Assembly: GCA_021372415.1 (NCBI GenBank)
Contig: JAJFUM010000373.1
Location: 902 to 64,901, forward strand
Source of the DNA: Deltaproteobacteria bacterium
Lineage (GTDB): Bacteria > Desulfobacterota > Syntrophia > Syntrophales > UBA5619
Direction of reading: 5' to 3'
DNA: 64,000 nt
The notes under the pieces are model-generated. The model ran no database searches, had not been told where the DNA came from, and was given only the letters and a program-made list of their open reading frames with translations. Positions 46,931-55,691 of the stretch are shown piece by piece (within the stretch, counting starts at the first letter, position 1; the number at the start of each line of letters is the position of its first letter). Position numbers and translations under genes: made by a program.

Positions 46931-47689
46931 ATGGACTGCTTCAGTCTGAAAGGGAAGACCGCCCTGGTCACCGGGGCGAGCCGGGGGATCGGCGAGGCGA
47001 TCGCCCGGATGCTGGCCAGCCGTGGCGCAAGGATGATCCTGATCAGCCGCAAGATCGAAGGGCTCCGGTGCGTGGAGGAGGAAATCCGCCGGACGGGGGG
47101 CGAAGCGGAGTCCTTGGCCTGTCACGCCGGCGATGTGGCGCAGATCGACGCCCTATTCGAGGAGATCGGGAAACGGGGCCACCGTCTCGACATCCTCGTG
47201 AACAACGCCGGAACAAATCCCTTCTTCGGGGATGTCCTCAGCGCCGACGAAAGGGCCTGGGACAAGACCTTCGATGTGAACCTGAAAGGCTACTTCTTCA
47301 TGAGCCAGCACGCGGCCAAGCTCATGCAGAAAGGGGGAGGCGGGGCCATCGTGAACGTGGCCTCGGTCAACGGCGTCCGGCCTGCCCCATTCCAGGGAAT
47401 CTATTCGATCACCAAGGCGGGGATCATTGCCATGACCAAATCCTATGCAAAGGAACTGGCCCCCTACCATATCCGGGTGAACGCGCTCCTGCCGGGCCTG
47501 ACGGATACCAAGTTCACCGCAGTCCTGACCCAGAATCCGGAAATCATGAAGATGGTCCTTCCCACGATCCCCATGGGGCGGTTCGCCAAGCCCCAGGAGA
47601 TGGCCGGCGCCGTCCTCTATCTGGTCTCGGAGGCCGCCTCTTACACGACGGGGATCTGCCTGACCGTGGACGGCGGGATGCTGGCGTAG
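46931..47689 (+). CDS. SDR-family oxidoreductase
   Basis: TGASRGIGEAIA, NNAG, catalytic YSITK. AGGAGGAGG RBS. Confidence 0.9.
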   Translation: MDCFSLKGKTALVTGASRGIGEAIARMLASRGARMILISRKIEGLRCVEEEIRRTGGEAESLACHAGDVAQIDALFEEIGKRGHRLDILVNNAGTNPFFGDVLSADERAWDKTFDVNLKGYFFMSQHAAKLMQKGGGGAIVNVASVNGVRPAPFQGIYSITKAGIIAMTKSYAKELAPYHIRVNALLPGLTDTKFTAVLTQNPEIMKMVLPTIPMGRFAKPQEMAGAVLYLVSEAASYTTGICLTVDGGMLA

Positions 47690-47806
47690 CGCAGATCCCG
47701 CCTTTGCGGCGGGGAAAAGTCTCCCAGGGAAGCTTGGTTTCCGAGGGAGGAGAAATGGCCTTGGCCAGTGGCGGCTGGTCGGGAAAGGATTCAGCAAGGG
47801 CTGATT

Positions 47807-48493
47807 TCAGAAGAGAGACTCCCGCCAGCCGCACTGCCGGTCGGTTTCGTCCTGGAGATCCAGCATCGCCTTCTCGACCTCCTTCCGGACTGCCTCGAAG
47901 GCATCGCCATCCAGCACCGCAGGGACCGGGATCGGCGTTCCCCAGTGCACGAGGATCCTGCTGAAAGGCTTCGGGATCAGGAAGCGGTCCCAACTCTTTA
48001 GGATCCAGGCCCGGTTGACGGAGATGGCAAAGGGGATGATCGGGACGCCGGAGAGTTGGGCCATGCTGATGAGCCCTCCTTTGATGATGCCCCGGGGGCC
48101 TTGGGGGCCATCCACGACGTGGACGGCAAAGGAATGTTCGGCCAGGTCCTCGACCAGCGCGGTCAGGGCCCTTCGGCCGCCCCGGGAGGAGGACCCGCGG
48201 ACCGGTCGGAAGTTGAGACGCCGGTAGAGGTCCGCGGCCAGGTCGCCGTCGCGGCTCTGGCTGATCATGACCGACGGGGTGTAGCGGCCGAATCTGTGGG
48301 CATAGCCCAATACGGTGAGTATCCGCTGGTGCCAGATGGCCGCGATCAGTTTGCCGCCCCCGTCCAAATACCCCCGGATCCTTTCCTCTCCAAAGGCCTG
48401 AACGCGGATCGTGCTGAAATAGAGACGCAGGACGGCGTATACGGCGGGGATCAGGCCGTGTTTCAAGGCGAATCTGGAAATCCCCTTGATCAT
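47807..48493 (-). CDS. DUF374-type lysophospholipid acyltransferase-family protein
   Basis: Pattern AAIWHQR...MISQSRDGDLAA...RGSSSRGG...VDGPQGPRG is typical of DUF374. Confidence 0.75.
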   Translation of the reverse strand: MIKGISRFALKHGLIPAVYAVLRLYFSTIRVQAFGEERIRGYLDGGGKLIAAIWHQRILTVLGYAHRFGRYTPSVMISQSRDGDLAADLYRRLNFRPVRGSSSRGGRRALTALVEDLAEHSFAVHVVDGPQGPRGIIKGGLISMAQLSGVPIIPFAISVNRAWILKSWDRFLIPKPFSRILVHWGTPIPVPAVLDGDAFEAVRKEVEKAMLDLQDETDRQCGWRESLF

Positions 48494-48534
48494 GACCCTT
48501 AAATCCGGGTTTGGCGACTGAAGGCAAGGCCTTC

Positions 48535-48573
48535 AAAAACTTGGGCGTACCTTGATGAAAGTACGCCCAAGTT
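48535..48573 (-). terminator. rho-independent terminator of the carboxyltransferase gene
   Basis: Perfect 13-bp stem AACTTGGGCGTAC / GTACGCCCAAGTT with a 10-nt loop. On the minus strand it runs straight into TTTTTG. Confidence 0.8.
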
Positions 48574-48614
48574 CGTTGGAGGATTGTGAGGCAGAAGCCT
48601 CGATGCTTTGGAAC

Positions 48615-50069
48615 TTACTTCGCCTTGGCCTCAGGTGCCGCTGGCGGCTTCACGCTCTCCGGCATCGGCTCGATGCCATATTTCCACTTGAGGTACTGCT
48701 CGCCCGTTGCCGGGTAGAGACTGTAGACCAGCAGGTCTTCCTCGGTCTTGGCCAGATCGCCGATCTTCTGCTTGTTCGCTTCCATTTCCGGCTCCAGATA
48801 ATCGGCGGGACGGCCGGTTACGGGGGTCTGGCCTCTCTTGTGCCGTTTCAGGACCACCTTGGAGATCTCCGGATCGATTGGGGTCGGGGTCTTTCCATAG
48901 AGGCCGTAGACGAGGTCGGCGAACTGGTTGTTCACCATCTTGTAGCGACCGGCGACCACGTTCATGACGGCCTGGACGCCGACGATCTGGGATGTCGGGG
49001 TGACCAGGGGCGGCGTACCGGCATCCTTCCTGGTCCTCGGGATCTCGGCGTAAACCTCGTTCAGACGATCCAGAGCGTTCATTTCCTTGAGCTGGCTGAC
49101 CAGGTTGGAGATCATCCCGCCAGGGATCTGGTGGGCCAGAACGCCCGCGTCGATCAGGGAGAGCTTGTTCGTGGCCAGGTGTTTCTGATACTTGGGGGCG
49201 ATCTTCTCGAGGTGCGCCCCAAGGGCGATGAGCTTGCGTACGTCAAGACCGGTATCACGCTTGGTCCCCTGCAGGGTGACAACGAGCGGCTCGATGGCGG
49301 GCATCGAGGTCCTCAGGGCATAGGGAGCCAGACAGGTGTCCACGATGTCGATCCCAGCTTCGATGGCCTTGATGTAGGTCATCGAAGCCATGCCGCTGGT
49401 GTAGTGGGTGTGGAGATGCAGGGGGACCTTGGTGATCTTCTTGAGTTCGGTGACCAGGGTGTAGATGTCGTAGGGTGACACGATCCCGGCCATGTCCTTG
49501 ATGCAGATGCTGTCAACGCCCATCGCCTCGAGCGACTTGGCCATCTTGATGTAGTAATCCAGGTTGAAGACGTCGCCGCCCATCCGGGGCTCCGTCAGGG
49601 AGTAGCAGATCACGCCCTCGAAGTGTTTCTTGTTGGCCTTGATCCGCTCCACGCAGGTCTCGAAGTTCCGGATGTCGTTCAGGGCGTCGAAGACCCGGAA
49701 GATGTCGATTCCCACCTCGCAGGACTTGTCCACGAAGGCCCGCACCACGTCATCGGCATAGTTCCGGTAACCGACCAGGTTCTGCCCCCTCAAGAGCATC
49801 GTAAAAGGGGTCTTCTTGATATACTTCTTCAGGACTTTTGGCCTTTCCCATGGGTCCTCACCGAGGAAGCGGTGCATCGTGTCGAAAGTCGCCCCGCCCC
49901 AAACCTCCATCGCCCAGAAACCCATTTCATCCATCTGTTCGGCGATGGGAAGCATGTCCTCTGTACGCATGCGGGTCGCGTAGATGGACTGATGACCGTC
50001 GCGGAAAGTGTTGTCCTGAATTTTTACGGGATTGACAGGTCCATCCTTCATGATATCCGCCATCTTCAT
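48615..50069 (-). CDS. carboxyltransferase (transcarboxylase 5S / oxaloacetate decarboxylase alpha / pyruvate carboxylase B type) without biotinyl domain
   Basis: NTFRDGHQS, MEVWGGATFD, KDMAG motifs. The protein ends ...PAAPEAKAK with no AMKM biotin-attachment domain. The start may be the third codon (ATG 50063), given the AAGGAG position. Confidence 0.9.
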   Translation of the reverse strand: MKMADIMKDGPVNPVKIQDNTFRDGHQSIYATRMRTEDMLPIAEQMDEMGFWAMEVWGGATFDTMHRFLGEDPWERPKVLKKYIKKTPFTMLLRGQNLVGYRNYADDVVRAFVDKSCEVGIDIFRVFDALNDIRNFETCVERIKANKKHFEGVICYSLTEPRMGGDVFNLDYYIKMAKSLEAMGVDSICIKDMAGIVSPYDIYTLVTELKKITKVPLHLHTHYTSGMASMTYIKAIEAGIDIVDTCLAPYALRTSMPAIEPLVVTLQGTKRDTGLDVRKLIALGAHLEKIAPKYQKHLATNKLSLIDAGVLAHQIPGGMISNLVSQLKEMNALDRLNEVYAEIPRTRKDAGTPPLVTPTSQIVGVQAVMNVVAGRYKMVNNQFADLVYGLYGKTPTPIDPEISKVVLKRHKRGQTPVTGRPADYLEPEMEANKQKIGDLAKTEEDLLVYSLYPATGEQYLKWKYGIEPMPESVKPPAAPEAKAK

Positions 50070-50186
50070 TCTCCTTCCTAGGGCATGTAAAAGGTGGTGA
50101 TTTTTTACTTTCTTTCCAAACTGCTAACGCTTCGCGCCTTTATATCGTATCCCAAACAGGGGTGTCAAGCCCATTCTGTGAAACTG

Positions 50187-50202
50187 AGCAATAATGGTGC
50201 CA
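50187..50202 (-). promoter_or_regulatory. sigma54 promoter TGGCAC-N5-TTGCT
   Basis: Reverse complement of 50187..50202 reads TGGCACCATTATTGCT, a full consensus match. Lies about 120 nt upstream of the carboxyltransferase start. Confidence 0.65.
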
Positions 50203-50495
50203 AGGGAGCGGCCAGCGTCCATCCCGGTGGCGCAATCCGACGAAAAAAGATAAAATCATTGAGGGGTTGAACGGTTGCGCGACCGCTGGGGAATGGTCCG
50301 GGTAGGCTGGAGATCGACCGGGGAGGACTATTGCATGCAGACGGCACCGTGAAAGGGTGCATGAAACGCACAGCCAGAGGAGGAAGAAATCTGGAAACCC
50401 TTTAAGATGTTCATCTGCACGAAAACGTGCTTAAAGTACACGCTGTGCCTTTGAAGCACGCCGTAATCAGGAAAAAAGTCGATTATCGGAACGGG

Positions 50496-51587
50496 TCATG
50501 ATGGACGCTTTAAAGACCTGGAGACATAGATTGGATTGGAAAAGATCCAGGGGCGGTAACGGCCAAAAAACATGAGGTCGGCCTCGATCCTGTAGGTTCC
50601 TGGTTCGCGGATCACTTCGGAGAGCGTCGTTCCCTGTCTCTGATGCAAGAGGGTTCCGTTGCGGATGATCCGGATTCGGGCGTTAGCCGGAAAAGAGACG
50701 GCAAGCTCTGCAAAATCGGAAAGAGAGAATTCATCCCCCATCGTTGCGGTTTGTGTTCCCTCTGTCAGGGTAAAGCGGAATCCCCTGGCGTCGTGCTTGC
50801 TGTCGAGGGAGACATAGGCGTGGCCGCTCCTGAGGGCCTGTAGGAGGGAGGCGATGTCCGCTGGGCTATCCCCGGTGAAGGGGGCTTCAGTCAGGACGTG
50901 GGTTCTGATCAGACGGAAGACCCTTCGGAAGGGAAAAACAGGGAGCTTGAAGCCGAGGATGCGATAAAGGGTATCGTGATTGTCCAATTCGCCGATCCCC
51001 ACGACGCGGCGCTCCCGGGTCAAGCGGTCCCAGCGGGTCAGCGTGACCGGCGAGGGGCCCCTGAGCAAAGAAGATGGGAAGGCGTAGCCGATCAAGGCGC
51101 GGCCGTAACCGGTCAGCCCCCTCTGCCAGTCCGTCATGAAGTCCCAGATGCCCAGGCCCGTGTAGCCGGTGACCGACCAGTCGGTCCAGGGGTAGTGTTT
51201 CACGTGAAACCGTTCGGTCCCCCCGTGGTCCGGATGGGCGATGAAGCCGATCCCGCCCCCGTCAGCTATGCGGTCGATGCAGGTCTGGGGGGACATCTCT
51301 TCCTGACCCGGCGAGGTTGAAATCGGATCGGACAGTCCGAAGGCGAGATAATGGTTGAAACGGGGGCTGATCTCCTCGCCGACCACCAGGAGCGTTCGTC
51401 CTTGCCACCCCTCAAGACCCTCTGCCCTTGCCTGAAGCGATGCATGGTCTGTGAGCATCAGAAAATCGATCCCGCTGTTGTTGGCTGCAGCGAGGATCTC
51501 CTGAACCGTCCTGCGTCCGTCGAAAGAATGGATAGAGTGCAGATGGATGACGCCTGCATGGTCGGTCCAGGATCCACGCGTCGTCAT
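50496..51587 (-). CDS. PHP-domain (CehA/McbA-like) metallohydrolase
   Basis: N-terminal HLHSIHSFDG and LMLTDH motifs of the PHP fold, with a C-terminal beta-rich domain. Confidence 0.7.
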   Translation of the reverse strand: MTTRGSWTDHAGVIHLHSIHSFDGRRTVQEILAAANNSGIDFLMLTDHASLQARAEGLEGWQGRTLLVVGEEISPRFNHYLAFGLSDPISTSPGQEEMSPQTCIDRIADGGGIGFIAHPDHGGTERFHVKHYPWTDWSVTGYTGLGIWDFMTDWQRGLTGYGRALIGYAFPSSLLRGPSPVTLTRWDRLTRERRVVGIGELDNHDTLYRILGFKLPVFPFRRVFRLIRTHVLTEAPFTGDSPADIASLLQALRSGHAYVSLDSKHDARGFRFTLTEGTQTATMGDEFSLSDFAELAVSFPANARIRIIRNGTLLHQRQGTTLSEVIREPGTYRIEADLMFFGRYRPWIFSNPIYVSRSLKRPS

Positions 51588-51599
51588 GGGACGGGCGCC

Positions 51600-52289
51600 T
51601 CACTGCGCCTCGACCCTGTGGGGCAGGATCCCCAGAGGGCACTCGCCGCATTTCGGCCTCTTCCGGCAGAAGGCTTTTCCCGTAGCCACCAGAAGGGCAT
51701 GGAACTGGTTGAAGAGGAACACATCATGGGGAAGGTTCTCCATGAAGAGGGCCCGGACCTCATTGACGCCCGCGTCTCGAGCGATCAGGCGGTGACGATG
51801 GAGGATCCGCTGGGTGTAGGCGTCGCTGACGAAGACCGGTTTTCCACAGGCGTATAGCAGGATGCTGTCGGCCGTTTCCGGTCCGATGCCTGAAACGGCC
51901 AGAAGCCTTTCCCGCAGTGACTCAACAGGCTCGGCCGCCATGGCCTCGACTCGCGCCGCATAACCATGGCGGAAAAAACGGAGAAAGTCCTTAATGCGTC
52001 TGGCCTTGACCCGAAAATATCCCGAGGGTCTGATGATCTCGGCCAAATCTGTTTCGTCGATCCTCTCAAGGGCATCGGGAGAGAGCAGTCCTCTCTCCCG
52101 GAGACCTTCGATCGCCTTTTCCACGTTGGTCCAGGCCGTGTTCTGGGTCAGAATCGCCCCGAGCATGACCTCGAAGGGCCCCTCGGCCGGCCACCAATGA
52201 AGATCGCCGAAATGGTCGTTCAGGAGCCCGTATATCCTCAGCAGTTCTCCCCGGAGGCTCCTCATGCCCTTGATCCGCGCCACGGCCAC
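51600..52289 (-). CDS. endonuclease III-like HhH-GPD base-excision glycosylase
   Basis: HhH motif VSGIGPETADSILLYA. C-terminal Fe-S loop CRKRPKCGECPL. Confidence 0.85.
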   Translation of the reverse strand: MAVARIKGMRSLRGELLRIYGLLNDHFGDLHWWPAEGPFEVMLGAILTQNTAWTNVEKAIEGLRERGLLSPDALERIDETDLAEIIRPSGYFRVKARRIKDFLRFFRHGYAARVEAMAAEPVESLRERLLAVSGIGPETADSILLYACGKPVFVSDAYTQRILHRHRLIARDAGVNEVRALFMENLPHDVFLFNQFHALLVATGKAFCRKRPKCGECPLGILPHRVEAQ

Positions 52290-52299
52290 GGCCGGTCCC

Positions 52300-53790
52300 T
52301 TATCGGGTCGGCAGGGTCACGAAGAAGGCGGACTTTCCGCGTTTAATCCTCATGAGGATACCGTTCTTATCGTTGCTCTTCCGGATCTCCCGCACGTATT
52401 CCTTGAGGGTCGTCACGGAGACTTTGTTGACCTGCAGGATGATGTCCTGAGGCTGAATTCCCGCCTCATCGGCCACGCTCCCGTCCTGGACGTCCACGAC
52501 GATGATCCCCTTCTTCTGGGTCAGCCCCAGGTGCTTGGCGATCTCGGGAGTGATCTCCTGGACGGTCATCCCGAAGGCCTCTCCACCTTCCCGCGTGGCG
52601 GCGACCTCGGCCTGCTCCTTGCGTTCGGCCACGGTGATGCTGAGTTCCTTTTCCTGCCCGTCGCGGAGGATCTTCATCTTGATCGTCTCCCCGACGCGGA
52701 ATCCTGCGATCATCATGAGCAGTTCATGGGTGGTCTTGATCTTCTTGCCGTTGACCTCCGTGACGACGTCGCCTGACTTGAGGCCCGCCTTATCCGCCGG
52801 GTCCCCCTTGAACACGTCTGCGACAAGGGCGCCGCTGCGGTCCTTGAGCTTCATGCTTTTGGCGATCTCCTCGGTGATATCCTGGACCGAGACGCCAAGC
52901 CAACCGCGGGTCACCTTGCCTTTCGACTTCAGGTCGGGGAGGATCGTCTTGGCCATATTGATGGGGATGGCAAATCCGATCCCCTGGCCCTGGGCGACGA
53001 TTGCCGTGTTGATGCCGATCACCTTGCCGTCCATGCTGAACAGGGGACCGCCGCTGTTTCCCGGGTTGATCGAGGCATCGGTCTGGATGAAGTTGTCGTA
53101 AGGTCCGGCCCCGATGACGCGCCCCTTGGCACTGACAATCCCGACGGTCACCGTCTGTTCCAGGCCGAAGGGATTGCCGATGGCCATGACCCACTCTCCG
53201 ACCCGAAGTTTCTCCGAGTCTCCCGTCTCCGCGACGGGAAGACTGTTGTTGGTCTTAATCTTGATCAGGGCGATGTCCGTCTTGGCGTCCCGTCCAATGA
53301 CCTTGGCTTCGAATTCATTCCCATCGGAGAGCTTGACGATAATCTTGTCCGCCTGCTCCACCACGTGGTTATTGGTGAAAATGTAGCCATCGTGGCTGAT
53401 GATGAACCCGGAACCGAGGCTCCGCTGCTTGAATTCGCGCTGCGGGATGTCCCCGAAGAAGCGGTCGAAGAAGTCGTCCCCGCCGAAGTAGCGGTCAAAT
53501 GGGCTCCCCTGTCCAAAGGGGGAACGCATGCCTCCACTGCGGATCGTCTTGGTCGTGCTGATGTTGACCACGGCGGGTTTGAGCTTTTCCGCGAGGTCCG
53601 CGAACGATAGAGGGGTCTTGGTGGATACGTCGGCCGGCGAGACGGCCGAGGCCACCTGGACATCGGGGCCGGGTCCGGCCGGTATGAAGGAGGAGCGTAG
53701 GACCTCGACCACCGACACGACGAAAAACCCGATCAAGAAGGCCAGAAGGAACATCACAAAAGTCTTTCGGCCTCTATTTTCTGCATTCAT
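52300..53790 (-). CDS. Do/DegQ/HtrA-family periplasmic serine protease with two PDZ domains
   Basis: Catalytic triad contexts TNNHVV, DIALIK, GNSGGPL. Two PDZ repeats. N-terminal signal anchor. Confidence 0.9.
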   Translation of the reverse strand: MNAENRGRKTFVMFLLAFLIGFFVVSVVEVLRSSFIPAGPGPDVQVASAVSPADVSTKTPLSFADLAEKLKPAVVNISTTKTIRSGGMRSPFGQGSPFDRYFGGDDFFDRFFGDIPQREFKQRSLGSGFIISHDGYIFTNNHVVEQADKIIVKLSDGNEFEAKVIGRDAKTDIALIKIKTNNSLPVAETGDSEKLRVGEWVMAIGNPFGLEQTVTVGIVSAKGRVIGAGPYDNFIQTDASINPGNSGGPLFSMDGKVIGINTAIVAQGQGIGFAIPINMAKTILPDLKSKGKVTRGWLGVSVQDITEEIAKSMKLKDRSGALVADVFKGDPADKAGLKSGDVVTEVNGKKIKTTHELLMMIAGFRVGETIKMKILRDGQEKELSITVAERKEQAEVAATREGGEAFGMTVQEITPEIAKHLGLTQKKGIIVVDVQDGSVADEAGIQPQDIILQVNKVSVTTLKEYVREIRKSNDKNGILMRIKRGKSAFFVTLPTR

Positions 53791-54238
53791 ATCTTCCTCT
53801 CCCCCTTTAGCTACCTTTATGGATAATAATGGATAATACGATTATAAAAAGCCCGTCCTCTGCACGACGTAATATAAACTCCAATATAATTTTGTCAATA
53901 GATCTCATCAAGTTTGTTTCCTTTTCGTCGCTTCCCTTTCCCCATGAGCAGAGTTCCGATGAATGGCCCCCGCGTCATCGGGCGATGTCATGGCGGGCCG
54001 ATGACCGGGTCCGCCTCCGACTGTCGTTCCGATCCCCGCAACCAAGCGAAGTCTCAAAAGGAACGGCGTTCGCCGGCAAATAGTTATTGACAAAAGGCCC
54101 CGGCTTCCGTAATGCTCTTCTAAAGTGGTCTGATGAGCTCACAAGGGGTCATCGCTGATCCGCCTTCCTACCCTCTTCCGACCCTTCCCCGCTCCGGACT
54201 GACGATCGAATCCGTCATAAACCTGAGAGGAGATCTGT

Positions 54239-55483
54239 ATGGCCCAGGAAACCAACGCGACCTGCACGCCGTGGAAAACCGCCGACTGGTTTGTGAGCCC
54301 ATGGAATTATGCGGATGAGATCACAAAGGACTTCAAACCGCCGAAGAAGGTCAAGATCCACGACGTCACCCTGCGGGATGGGGAGCAGCAGGCCGGGATC
54401 ATCTTCACCAAGGACGACAAGATCCGGATCGCCGAGAAACTGGCCGAGGCGGGCGTCCACCGCATCGAGGCAGGCATGCCGGCCGTCTCCCCCATGGACG
54501 AGGCTGCGATCAAGGAGATCGTCAAACACAAGCTGGGCCCTGAGATCTTCTGCTTCAGCCGTTGCATGGTGGACGACGTAAAGCGGGCCGCAGACTGCGG
54601 CGCCGACGGGATTGTCATCGAGATCCCCGCCAGCAAGGAACTGGTGGAGCAGGCATACAAATGGCCCATGGAGAGGGCGATCGACCTGTCGATCCAGGCC
54701 ACCGCCTGCGCCAGGGAAAACAACCTCTACACCGTCTTCTTCACGATCGACGGGACCCGGGCAGGGATGGACTTCCTGCTCAACCTCGTGGACAAGGTCG
54801 CCAAGGAGGGACATATGGACGCCTTTACCCTGGTCGACACCTTCGGCGTTCTTTCGCCCCACGGGGCCAGGTACTTTACGCGCAAGGTAAGGGAGCGCGT
54901 CAAGACCCCCCTGGAGATCCACTTCCATTCTGATTTCGCCCTGGGTGTCGCCAACACGATCATGGCCGTCCTGGAGGGGGCCGAGGTGATCCACTCGACG
55001 GTCGGCGGCATCGGCGAGCGTTGCGGCAACGCCCCCCTGGAGGAGACGGCCCTGGCCCTCCTGACGCTCTACGGGATCAACACGGGCCTCCATTTCGGCA
55101 AGCTCAACGAACTGTCCCGCCTCGTGGCCGATCTGGCCGGGATCCAGGTCCCGCAAAACCGTCCCTTCGTGGGCGAGAAGGCATACAGCATCGAATCGGG
55201 GATCGTGACGAACTGGTTCCGGAACGCCTACCAGGAGAATCCGACCACGGTCTTCCCGGTCCACCCTTCCTTCGTCGGACACGAAACGCCCCAGATTGTC
55301 CTGGGCAAGAAGAGCGGCATCGACAATCTCCTGATCTGGGCCGAGAAGCACGGCCTTTCCATCGCCGAGGAAAAGCAACTCGAGGTGGTCGCCCGGGTCA
55401 AGAAGGCCTCACACGATCTCAAGCGCAACCTGACTCCCGCGGAATTCAAGAGGATCGTGGAGGATGTCCAGGCAGGCCGATAA
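54239..55483 (+). CDS. HMGL-like DRE-TIM metallolyase: homocitrate / 2-isopropylmalate / citramalate / Re-citrate synthase family
   Basis: VTLRDGEQ, HFHSDFALG, STVGGIGERCGNAPLEE. GAGAGGAG RBS. The substrate cannot be told from the sequence alone. Confidence 0.8.
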   Translation: MAQETNATCTPWKTADWFVSPWNYADEITKDFKPPKKVKIHDVTLRDGEQQAGIIFTKDDKIRIAEKLAEAGVHRIEAGMPAVSPMDEAAIKEIVKHKLGPEIFCFSRCMVDDVKRAADCGADGIVIEIPASKELVEQAYKWPMERAIDLSIQATACARENNLYTVFFTIDGTRAGMDFLLNLVDKVAKEGHMDAFTLVDTFGVLSPHGARYFTRKVRERVKTPLEIHFHSDFALGVANTIMAVLEGAEVIHSTVGGIGERCGNAPLEETALALLTLYGINTGLHFGKLNELSRLVADLAGIQVPQNRPFVGEKAYSIESGIVTNWFRNAYQENPTTVFPVHPSFVGHETPQIVLGKKSGIDNLLIWAEKHGLSIAEEKQLEVVARVKKASHDLKRNLTPAEFKRIVEDVQAGR

Positions 55484-55517
55484 GCCCGCGGGGGCCCGGT
55501 TCCCATCATCTTAATTG

Positions 55518-55691
55518 CGGAACAAGGCCATCTCCAAGATCCGCTGCGTCGTGGAACAGTATTTCGGCATTAGCCATCTTCATCATCACGCTCATCGTGC
55601 CAGGTTCACCAGATTGATCAAGAATGCCACGGACGCTCTGTTCAGACAGTTGGCCTTCAACCTCTTCAGAGAGACGAAGGTATTGGCATAA
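55518..55691 (+). pseudogene. C-terminal remnant (57 codons) of an IS5/IS4-superfamily DDE transposase
   Basis: Frame reads RNKAISKIRCVVEQYFGISHLHHHAHRARFTRLIKNATDALFRQLAFNLFRETKVLA*. This is the classic R..VE..FG.LK....R.RYRGL.KN.......A.NL.R transposase tail. An in-frame TAA lies immediately upstream, so more than 80% of the gene is missing. Confidence 0.6.

Noticed and set aside
47709-47725. Hairpin CCCGCC-TTTGC-GGCGGG between the convergent SDR and DUF374 genes, as a bidirectional terminator.
   Set aside because: The stem is short and there is no T-run on either strand. It was noted but is too weak to annotate.
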